Origin: Candidatus Latescibacterota bacterium
Lineage (GTDB): Bacteria; Latescibacterota; UBA2968; GCA-2709665
Direction: 5' to 3'
Assembly (NCBI GenBank): GCA_965116875.1
Contig: OZ220733.1
Location: 3,392,001-3,456,000 of the forward strand
DNA: 64,000 nt
Position numbers and translations under genes: made by a program. Positions 37,815-45,921 of the stretch are shown piece by piece; position 1 is the stretch's first letter, and the number at the start of each line of letters is the position of its first letter. The notes below the pieces were generated by a model, which ran no database searches, was not told the origin of the DNA, and was given only the letters and a program-made list of their open reading frames with translations.

Positions 37815-40784
37815 ATGCCAAAACACTTTGTTTGCAATCCGACGTCAGACGGCCTGATCGTCGAAATGAAAGGCGATCCTCCGGTCCCGGTCAGTGAATG
37901 GACCGCACATGCGACCTGCGCCGGCGCCTTGATTCGACTGCGTGACGACGGCGGTGCAGTTGAGAACGAGAGCGGTAACGCACTGTGCGTCTCCTGGACG
38001 AGCGTCGCGGGACTGACGGAAGACGAACTGCGATTCACCGGTCTTCCCGACGCCGCGCCATTTGGGCTCGAAGTCGTCGCCAACGGCGCGATTCACGACC
38101 CCGGGTTCGATATCCGCTGCGGCTACATCAGGTATGGTCGACGCGTCCTCGGTGTTGAGCGAATCGGCGCATGGTTGCACGCAGGTGACGAAAACTTCGT
38201 TCTGCTCGATCCGTTATACTCTGTTGCCGAAGCCATTGGTCAATTCAAAGGGGAAGAAGAAAGGGATCTTGAATCGCGGATGCTCGGATGGGGACGCATC
38301 GCGGAGAAGCTGCCTGCTGATGTTGTTGTCGATGACGACAACCTCCGTTCGCTGCAAATCTACGTGGCGTCGAGTTTCGAACTCAACCCGTTCGTCAACG
38401 ACAATGGAGAGCCCGACTTCGATCCGGTAGTCGGGAGGCGCAAGACCCTCGTCACCGACGCCGGCGAGGAGGAGCAGGTGTTCGCCCGCGCATTGCCCCA
38501 GGCTCGGCAGGAGGAGTTCGCTCGTCGTTTCCGCGGCGTATCCACCGTGAAACATCGGTATGCGGCAGGCGGCGCCAGTTACGTTGTTCTGACGCCGGAA
38601 GTCGAGCGGGCACTCGGGGTGGTGCGGCGTGCTCAGGATGGAAGCACCGATGAGCGCCGCGACTTTCTGAGGAATGTCAGCGGGTACCTGCGCGAAGCGT
38701 TTGATGACGACGACAGCGACGAGATCGAACTGGACAGCGTTTTTAACGACGAGGGATTGAGCGAACGGGTAAAGGGCGTCGGCATCTGGGTCGACAAGGT
38801 GCTCCCATGGATCACGCTGGCGAAGGAGCCATGGTTGCCGCCCGAGGAATTTGGGATTCTGGTCGATGGACGGCGCTTGGTAATGCGGCCCGAAGAATTG
38901 GAAGGAATCTACGGGCAAATCAAGAATGCAATCGAGTGCGGCGAACCAGCCGCAATTGCCCGAATCGGTAACGAGTCTGTCGAAATCCCTGCTGACGAGG
39001 CCACCCTTAGTGCACTTGAGGATTTGCTTTCCCGGTTAGACCAGAAGCCGACATTAAGACCCGAAGACCACGAGGAGCAGGTCGAACCCGAAGATTCGGG
39101 TCAGGTTCTGCAGGTCATCGATAACCTGGATGATCTTCAATATCGACGCGAACGCAAACGACGCGCCACAGGTATCGCGGCAACCGCCCCCGACCTGCTG
39201 ACTCGAACCTTGCCCCACCAACAGGATGGTCTCGCGTGGCTCAAGAGTCACTGGGATGCCGGCAACTGGGGCGCCCTGCTTGCCGACGACATGGGACTTG
39301 GTAAGACGCTTGAAGCACTGGCTTTTCTCTCCTGTCTGAAAAGCTACGCGGAAACGGAGAATTTGTCACATCGACCGATACTTGTCGTCGCGCCGACCGG
39401 CTTGCTCCAGAACTGGAAGGACGAACACGACAAACATCTGTCCGGTGTCGGACTCGGTGTCGCCGTCGAAGCACACGGAAGTGCTCTGCGGCGCCTCAGA
39501 AAAGGAACGGTAACCGGACGCGCTGGTGAGCTCGCCAGCGGTCAACAGCTACTTGACCTACAGCCTTTAAGGAACGCCGAATGGGTACTCACCACTTATG
39601 AAACTCTCCGCGACTATCAACACAGCTTTGGCCGTATACGTTGGCGCGCAGGTGTCTTCGACGAGGCCCAAAAGATCAAGAACCCCGGCGCCCGCGTGAC
39701 CGATGCCGCGCTCGCCATGAATATTGATTTCTCCCTGCTGATGACCGGCACGCCCGTTGAGAATCGCCCATCGGAAATCTGGTCGATGCTTGACCGGGTC
39801 GAGCCCGGTATGTTCGGAACGCTTAAGGAGTTCAGCCAGCGGTATGAAGTTGATAGTGAAGGCGGCGCCTCGATGCTTACGGAATTGCATGAAAGGTTGA
39901 CGTCGGCATCCGACGCGCCGGCGCTAATGCTGAGGCGGCTCAAGGAGGACCACGTTCCGGAATTGCCGAAAAAAGAGGTGTATCGGCGCACCGTACTGAT
40001 GCCGCCGTTTCAGGCTGAAGCGTACGAAAGAATCGTACAGAACAGTAGCGGCGGCAACATGCTTCAGACGCTTCATCAGCTTCGAAGCGTCTCGCTCCAC
40101 CCCGCGGCTCCAGGCGAGTTCGACCTCGACGAGTTTATCCAGGCGTCGGCACGGTTGTCAGAGGCGTTCCGGATTCTGGATGAGATTGAAAACCTCGGAC
40201 AGAAAGCGCTGCTCTTCGTCGAGACGCGCTGGATGCAGGATTTCCTTGTAGGAGCACTGAGACGCCGTTATTCATTGTCCGACGACGTACTCGTCATCAA
40301 CGGTGCAGTGGCAGGCAGGATCCGCAAGACTCGCGTTGATACGTTTCAGGAACGGACAGGATTCGACGTGATGATTCTGTCGCCACGCGCCGGCGGCGTC
40401 GGTTTGACGTTGACGGCAGCAAATCACGTAATTCACCTCTCACGCTGGTGGAACCCGGCGGTCGAGGACCAGTGTACTGACAGGGTATTTCGTATCGGCC
40501 AGCGGGAGACGGTGTACGTGTACCTTCCGATCGCGCGTCATCCTGAGTTCGGAGAGTACAGTTTCGATATTCGGCTTGACAGCCTGATGGAAGGAAAGCG
40601 AGACATGAACCGTCGCGTGCTCGCGCCAACCGCGACGACGAAAGAAGACGTGAATAGTCTCTATAGAAGTACCGTGACGGACGCGCGAGGCGACATTGAT
40701 GAGAATGATGAACGGGGTCGGCTTCCCGTCGCCAGCGAAGTGTCTGGCGACAGCAAACAGCATACGGCTGGGGGACCGTCTTAA
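37815..40784 (+). CDS. zorD: Zorya ZorD SNF2-family helicase/ATPase
   Basis: LADDMGLGKT, DEAQKIKN, TGTPVEN, GVGLTLTAANHV, WWNPAVEDQCTDRVFRIGQ. Confidence 0.92.
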   Translation: MPKHFVCNPTSDGLIVEMKGDPPVPVSEWTAHATCAGALIRLRDDGGAVENESGNALCVSWTSVAGLTEDELRFTGLPDAAPFGLEVVANGAIHDPGFDIRCGYIRYGRRVLGVERIGAWLHAGDENFVLLDPLYSVAEAIGQFKGEEERDLESRMLGWGRIAEKLPADVVVDDDNLRSLQIYVASSFELNPFVNDNGEPDFDPVVGRRKTLVTDAGEEEQVFARALPQARQEEFARRFRGVSTVKHRYAAGGASYVVLTPEVERALGVVRRAQDGSTDERRDFLRNVSGYLREAFDDDDSDEIELDSVFNDEGLSERVKGVGIWVDKVLPWITLAKEPWLPPEEFGILVDGRRLVMRPEELEGIYGQIKNAIECGEPAAIARIGNESVEIPADEATLSALEDLLSRLDQKPTLRPEDHEEQVEPEDSGQVLQVIDNLDDLQYRRERKRRATGIAATAPDLLTRTLPHQQDGLAWLKSHWDAGNWGALLADDMGLGKTLEALAFLSCLKSYAETENLSHRPILVVAPTGLLQNWKDEHDKHLSGVGLGVAVEAHGSALRRLRKGTVTGRAGELASGQQLLDLQPLRNAEWVLTTYETLRDYQHSFGRIRWRAGVFDEAQKIKNPGARVTDAALAMNIDFSLLMTGTPVENRPSEIWSMLDRVEPGMFGTLKEFSQRYEVDSEGGASMLTELHERLTSASDAPALMLRRLKEDHVPELPKKEVYRRTVLMPPFQAEAYERIVQNSSGGNMLQTLHQLRSVSLHPAAPGEFDLDEFIQASARLSEAFRILDEIENLGQKALLFVETRWMQDFLVGALRRRYSLSDDVLVINGAVAGRIRKTRVDTFQERTGFDVMILSPRAGGVGLTLTAANHVIHLSRWWNPAVEDQCTDRVFRIGQRETVYVYLPIARHPEFGEYSFDIRLDSLMEGKRDMNRRVLAPTATTKEDVNSLYRSTVTDARGDIDENDERGRLPVASEVSGDSKQHTAGGPS

Positions 40785-41034
40785 TCTGCCGCGAATTCGT
40801 TCCGAAGGGAACGAAGCAATTGACCAGCCATGGTACGCTCAGTTCGGGTGTTTTGGGTTGTGAAATTCTCAGGTATGTGGTTGTTGTATCGAAGGGTGTT
40901 TGAATTCATAACAGAACTGGTGGATAAGAATGAAAACAAAGGATTTAACGATTCAGGCATTATTCAAGGATGGGACTGTATACGTAGCCAGGCGTTATCA
41001 ACGATCCAGAGACCCGTCATGCGGTAGGTCTTTT

Positions 41035-42246
41035 TTGCGCAACATTGTCATTGCCCTGGTTGTCTTCTTCGCTTACGGAGTCGCTAGTGCAGTTCAGGAG
41101 CAATCTGTATTTCGTGATATGCGTCTCGTACTAAGCTTTTACGATGACGCTGATAATCCACTCTTGGAGATGAGCGCCCCGAACGTCGGGCAATCGTTCA
41201 CGATTTACATGTTTGTCCCTGAAGCCGCCGGGATGCGCTCGGTAGGGTTTCAGGTCAATTTCCAATTCCTAAACCTCCGGAACATGTATCGGTTTACGAC
41301 AATCCTTAACGGTAACGCTTACGATGGGTCGGCACTGTTTGTCAACGAAGAATATCCGCAGGTCTCCGCGCTCCTAGTGAGCAAGCCGACAATTCCGGCC
41401 TCCGGTTTCATCGGGTCGGTGACCTTCAAGGTGCTAGAAGCGCTCCCGGAGGGTAACCGCTGGATCTTTTCGGGTCACGCGTCGATGGGAGATCCAGACA
41501 CGAACCAAAACGACCGACTGAACACCGACGATGGCTTGTTGAAACTGATTGGCAAACCGCAATACGTCGTCGCGTCGATTCCTGGTGACCTGGACTTGGA
41601 CGGCGATGTTGATTTCAATGATTTCCTTATCTTCACCGGCAACTACGGACGGGTCGGAGATCCGCCACAGGTCCCGGAGCCCCAGACCGTTTATGTCACG
41701 GTTCGGGATACGGTCTATATCGACCGCCCTGGGGCGGACACGCCACAAATGGCCCGTGCCCACTTTATGCAAGGCTTTTGGCATTTCGGCACTGCTTTTT
41801 CAGCTGACCAACCGCATCTGATTGACACATTTGGGGGTTTTCTTTTGGGTGAAATCCTCCACCCTGATCCCGACGAATACCCGGAACTAAAGGGCGAAAA
41901 GGTCGTGATGGGCGCTGCCTTCGATGGTTCGTTGGCGGCAATGGGATATAATCCCGACAACGAAAACTACATTTTGAGTTACAAGTTTGTAGATGATGAC
42001 GACTTGGAAGATGAATCTCTAGAATTCAGAATGATACAGAATAGGCCGATAGGTTTTTGGGTCAGTCGAAACCCGCAGACAGGCCAGATTATCAGCAGTT
42101 CGCTCCATATCAGCAATGACAGCGGCAAGGGATACCATCCCAACTCCGGATTTGTGAATCGCATGGCATCTGCAAATAAGGTGGCCGAAAGCGTCCCGGG
42201 ACACATGAGGTTTGTCGAACGGCTTGCTCGAATTATCAACCAATGA
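41035..42246 (+). CDS. Secreted protein with dockerin/EF-hand-like motif
   Basis: Signal peptide RNIVIALVVFFAYGVASA (TTG 41035 proposed; ORF open from 40930); GDLDLDGDVDFNDFLIFTGNYG. Confidence 0.7.
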   Translation: MRNIVIALVVFFAYGVASAVQEQSVFRDMRLVLSFYDDADNPLLEMSAPNVGQSFTIYMFVPEAAGMRSVGFQVNFQFLNLRNMYRFTTILNGNAYDGSALFVNEEYPQVSALLVSKPTIPASGFIGSVTFKVLEALPEGNRWIFSGHASMGDPDTNQNDRLNTDDGLLKLIGKPQYVVASIPGDLDLDGDVDFNDFLIFTGNYGRVGDPPQVPEPQTVYVTVRDTVYIDRPGADTPQMARAHFMQGFWHFGTAFSADQPHLIDTFGGFLLGEILHPDPDEYPELKGEKVVMGAAFDGSLAAMGYNPDNENYILSYKFVDDDDLEDESLEFRMIQNRPIGFWVSRNPQTGQIISSSLHISNDSGKGYHPNSGFVNRMASANKVAESVPGHMRFVERLARIINQ

Positions 42247-42351
42247 TCCATAAAACACGGCAAGCGTGACAGATAGGCGAATTAACGATTGTTTTCTTTT
42301 GGCGAACTATAAATGAAAGTGTCGGGGTTTTAGAATATGTCGATAAAAGAG

Positions 42352-42382
42352 TTGACCTATCGAATAGGTCATTAGATATTAT
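42352..42382 (+). promoter_or_regulatory. Candidate sigma70 promoter overlapped by palindrome TGACCTAT-CGA-ATAGGTCA
   Basis: TTGACC at 42352-57, AT-rich GATATTAT at 42375-82, perfect 8-bp inverted repeat at 42353-42371. Confidence 0.5.
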
Positions 42383-42486
42383 GCTCTAAAGAGCAGCGGC
42401 TCGATACTCCTTTCGCCTTGTCCGGCGCTCAAAACCTGCCGTATATCGGCAAAAACGCCGGACAAATTTGAAAGGAGGTGGGGCAT

Positions 42487-42642
42487 ATGTCTCAGGCAAC
42501 CCACTATCGGCCTCGAAGATATGGGGGATATTTCACGATTTATCGCCCATACTTCACCTCGCCGAGGGGGCGTCGCATCTACGCTAGGGATTATGGGTAT
42601 AAAGCATGGCCTATTAAAATCCCGAATGACCGTCGTAGGTAG
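42487..42642 (+). CDS. 51-aa Arg/Tyr-rich small protein of unknown function (absent from ORF track)
   Basis: MSQATHYRPRRYGGYFTIYRPYFTSPRGRRIYARDYGYKAWPIKIPNDRRR; GAAAGGAGGTG RBS; downstream terminator. Confidence 0.8.
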   Translation: MSQATHYRPRRYGGYFTIYRPYFTSPRGRRIYARDYGYKAWPIKIPNDRRR

Positions 42643-42680
42643 AATTACCGCTCGCCGCGCCTGAAGTCGCCTGTTTCTTC

Positions 42681-42710
42681 AACCCCCGATCTTCCCGGAT
42701 CGGGGGTTTT
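42681..42710 (+). terminator. Intrinsic terminator
   Basis: AACCCCCGATC-ttcccg-GATCGGGGGTT then TT. Confidence 0.8.
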
Positions 42711-42746
42711 CATCACCTTCAACCATTCACGCCAGGAAGTAGATGT

Positions 42747-43196
42747 CTAACAACCAAAGTCGCTTCGATTGTAATACAGGTAGATACCTCCGTTTAGCCA
42801 GGCTTCGGGTTTGGCGAATTGATATCGAATGAGAGTTTGTTTTGGATACATCCCGTTTTCAATAGCTTTTCCTATATACCAAATATGGGTGATATAACCG
42901 TGGCTCTCTCCTCTTTCTCCAGAACCATATGCCTGACGTAATTGCTCGAGAATAAACTTGAAAGTCTCACGAACTTTAGGGTCTGGCGATGGAAAAATGT
43001 ATTCCATTCCAACCAACATATCATTAAAAAACTGATATTTGATCGAATATGTCATCACAAGTGATTGTCCAGTGTATTTGTACCATTCATAGATATCTGG
43101 TCTGTTAATCAAAATTCTCCGATTGTTTATAATCAATGAGACGAATTTGAGAAGAGTGTTTTTAATGTTGTTAAAAAAGATCAGATGGTGTATCAT
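42747..43196 (-). CDS. Hypothetical protein or fragment, low GC
   Basis: Open frame with protein-like C-terminal half; start unreliable and overlaps the opposite ORF. Confidence 0.4.
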   Translation of the reverse strand: MIHHLIFFNNIKNTLLKFVSLIINNRRILINRPDIYEWYKYTGQSLVMTYSIKYQFFNDMLVGMEYIFPSPDPKVRETFKFILEQLRQAYGSGERGESHGYITHIWYIGKAIENGMYPKQTLIRYQFAKPEAWLNGGIYLYYNRSDFGC

Positions 43197-43203
43197 ATGG
43201 GTA

Positions 43204-43566
43204 ATGGATTATTTAATGAGTGTATTTCAAAAGCAGATGGCTCATGGATCACGAAGTACTTCCTTAAACCCCTTATTATGGATATTTGGGGTGTTGCTTT
43301 TTTCCTTATTCGTCATTAATTGTAAAACAGAGTTCAGCGGCATATGCTATTTGATAAGTGGTTTTCTTGTACTGAACATCCTTGCCATTTTTGCCGCTTA
43401 TGCGTATTTCGCGCATAAAGATCCAGATGCATTAAGATCGGAGCGTTTCTCCATTCAGAAATTGGCCATTGAAAAAGGATACTATGGTGATACTCTCACC
43501 GGCCCTATTGAAAAGGAAGAGGTTTCGCAGTCAAGTAGTAAGGGTCAGGGGGTTATAGGTGAGTAA
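43204..43566 (+). CDS. Small two-TM membrane protein, low GC
   Basis: STSLNPLLW, two hydrophobic helices, then KDPDALRSE. Confidence 0.7.
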   Translation: MDYLMSVFQKQMAHGSRSTSLNPLLWIFGVLLFSLFVINCKTEFSGICYLISGFLVLNILAIFAAYAYFAHKDPDALRSERFSIQKLAIEKGYYGDTLTGPIEKEEVSQSSSKGQGVIGE

Positions 43567-43870
43567 TCATTTTATGATTGCAGTTGAAAACCTTGATCAA
43601 GATGAACAGAAAAAACTTGCAGATTACTTATCTTCCAGAAATTGTGGCTGGTGGCATTGGATTAACGGCATGTGGCTAGTGGTCGATGGCGATGAGTCCT
43701 TGTCTGCTGAACAAATACTCGAAAACGTTAGAGAAATTGACACAGCCGACAACATTGCTTTGGTTATTTGTGTGCGGGTTCAGGATTGGGCAGGATACGG
43801 ACCAATGTCTAAAGAAAATGAAGGAAAAAATATGTTTCATTGGTTACAGAAATTATGGACGCCAGGATAA
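43559..43870 (+). CDS. Small Trp-rich protein, possibly ferredoxin-like fold
   Basis: WWHWINGMWLV...LSAEQI...DWAG...WLQ; overlaps previous stop. Confidence 0.7.
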   Translation: MSNHFMIAVENLDQDEQKKLADYLSSRNCGWWHWINGMWLVVDGDESLSAEQILENVREIDTADNIALVICVRVQDWAGYGPMSKENEGKNMFHWLQKLWTPG

Positions 43871-43990
43871 AATGGTCGGGGGTTTCACTCTACCAACTTT
43901 GGACGTCCATTGTTGAATAATAGAGAAATCCAGGGGGTTGATTGCGGCTGATTTGCTCTTTCTTTGACAAGTCAAATGAAGCTATATTTG

Positions 43991-44026
43991 AAACGGCCCA
44001 AGGGAACGCCCTTGGGCCGTTTTGTT
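43991..44026. terminator. Hairpin, probable (bidirectional) intrinsic terminator
   Basis: AAACGGCCCAAGGG-aacg-CCCTTGGGCCGTTT then TGTT. Confidence 0.7.
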
Positions 44027-44138
44027 AATTGTTGTGAAGGGTGTAAATTACGCTTTATCTTATCGGCAGTCACCTGAAAGAATTTTAAGGATTTCAAGAA
44101 CAGCTTTGGGATCTACGTCGCCAACAGGAATCCCTACC

Positions 44139-44740
44139 TGCCAATATAGAGTGAGACAACTCCCCCTTTGAGATTAATGTCGTAAAATGGGCGGAGAGGC
44201 GAACACGACATGACGTCAAGAATCGATGTTGGAGACAACGGCAGCACGAGGCCGGATCCGGAGGCGCCGACGCGTGCGAAGCGTCGCCGGTTCACCGCAC
44301 GGTACAAGCTTCGCATTCTGGAAGAGGCGGATGCTTTCCGGGTTCCTGGCGAAGTTGGCGCGCTGCTGCGTCGCGAAGGGTTGTATTCCTCGCAGTAGAC
44401 CCAGTGGCGTCGCGCGCGTCGTGAGGGTACGCTTAAGGCGCTATCCAGGCCGCGGGGACCCAAGGGGCGTCGTCGCGACGAGGTCGCCGTCGAGAACGAG
44501 CAGTTGCGCAAGGAAAACGCGCGGCTGCGGCGACGGCTGGAACAGGCGCAGACCATCCTCGAGATCCAAAAAAAAGCCTCCGAGATCCTGGGCATCCCCC
44601 TGAACCCTCCGTCGACCGACGACGACGTTTGATACGTGCGGCCGAACATCTCGCCCCGAGTGTGGGGTTGGCTTCAGCCTGCCGGGCATTGGGTGTGGCG
44701 CGGGCGTCCGTATACCGTCATCGCAAGCCACATCCAACTC
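44139..44740 (+). pseudogene. IS3-family remnant: left end, orfA (44210-44632) with internal TAG, start of orfB
   Basis: RRRFTARYKLRILEEAD...GALLRREGLYSSQ*TQWRR...ILEIQKKASEILG; orfB start ACRALGVARASVYR then truncated. Confidence 0.85.
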
Positions 44741-44763
44741 TCCGGGTCGGTCGCTCCGTTTTC

Positions 44764-44845
44764 TGTCAATGATCGCCCAAATGCGGCCACTGCAAGATCG
44801 GCCTAATCAGGCCATTGCAGGATCGCCTTAATCAGGCCACCGGGC
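44764..44845 (+). repeat. Three 25-bp tandem repeats after TGTCAAT, IS21-like terminus
   Basis: GATCG.C..AAT...GGCCA units at 44771, 44796, 44821. Confidence 0.6.
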
Positions 44846-45129
44846 CTTATTGGCAAAACTCCAAGCCCACGGCTCTAAAAAATCACCTGAATAACCGGTC
44901 TGAAGACCTGATGTTGTAAAAGCCCAGGGGGGCGAAATCCTCCTGGGCGTTTACACATAAGGCTTGTCGGAACAGACGAAGCCGTTTACCTTTGAAGACA
45001 TTGATGAAGGGCGAAGCGAAAGGCGGCGAGGGTTTGATGCGGCAAAATCCAGGGAAGCAACACATATTCCGGCACTGCTGTCCAGAAACCGAGGGATTCT
45101 CAGAGATGAGGTTGTGAAAGTGGCTTCAA

Positions 45130-45324
45130 CTGGCGATTACGACGGTGGCTCCTCCCCCGACGCATCCGAGAGTTCTGCTGGGCGCCGAGGGAGTGGACGG
45201 GTTCAGCGAGAGGGCGAATGCGACAGCGGGATTTGTCGATAGGCTCGCGAGGGTGGCGTGACGAGCGTCCGCCAGCGAAGACCGTTTTGGCGCCGAGCAG
45301 GAACTCCTGTATTTCTGCAAGAAG
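45130..45324 (+). pseudogene. Degenerate copy of the 5' end of the heparinase-like gene
   Basis: TTVAPPPTHPRVLLGAEGVDG...GFVDRLARVA*RASASED.FG.E.EL.YFC versus TTVAPPETRPRVLLGAEEVDG...GFVDSLAEAAQEASANED.FG.E.EL.YFC; TGA at 45259. Confidence 0.85.
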
Positions 45325-45392
45325 ACGATTTTGACGTGAACGAAACGATCGAACGGAACCGCTCGCCGTGTTCCTTATCGAAGGGGTAAAAC

Positions 45393-45665
45393 ATGCGCAA
45401 GATTAATCTCAACGAAGCGAAGACCTGTCTTGCGTCACTGGTAAAAGAGGTTGCCAAAGGCGAGGAAGTAATAATCACCGAGGAAAGCGGTCTGGCATTC
45501 AGACTCGTTCCATTGGAAAAGGTAACAGGTTCGTCTGGCTTGGATCAAGGCAGGCTTTTCAATCCCGAAGGCTTGTGGGAACACGGGAAGCCGATTACCT
45601 CTGAAGACATTGCTGAAGTGCGAAGCGAAATGTGGCGAAAGTTCGATCAGAAGGATGAAACATAA
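45393..45665 (+). CDS. Phd/YefM-type antitoxin, no toxin visible
   Basis: INLNEAKTCLASLVKEVAKGEEVIIT. Confidence 0.78.
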   Translation: MRKINLNEAKTCLASLVKEVAKGEEVIITEESGLAFRLVPLEKVTGSSGLDQGRLFNPEGLWEHGKPITSEDIAEVRSEMWRKFDQKDET

Positions 45666-45921
45666 GGTATCTGGTCGCTGGCACGGATACGGTATCCCCG
45701 CGGCGTCAGCTCCACCTTACAGATAATGCGTTGCTGAAAGGACCAGGTGCCGGACAGGTGGTCCCACGAACCATAAAAGCGCGCGGCTTTACCCGGAAAG
45801 CTATCGTTGTTAGGCGCATAACCGGTTTAGATCCGGGTGAATTTCCCATCAATACGTACGACGTTACGAAAGCCAACCTACCTGTAAACGTATATTGACA
45901 GACCCGAAAGGGAGTCCACAA

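Noticed and set aside
44396-44398. In-frame TAG (also in the Uma2 remnant) as recoding/pyrrolysine
   Set aside because: Both lie in truncated remnants, and TAG is a normal stop for many intact genes here
44771-44845. Possible mini-CRISPR or iterons
   Set aside because: Repeats are contiguous with no spacers and no rep gene; better fit to an IS21-type end
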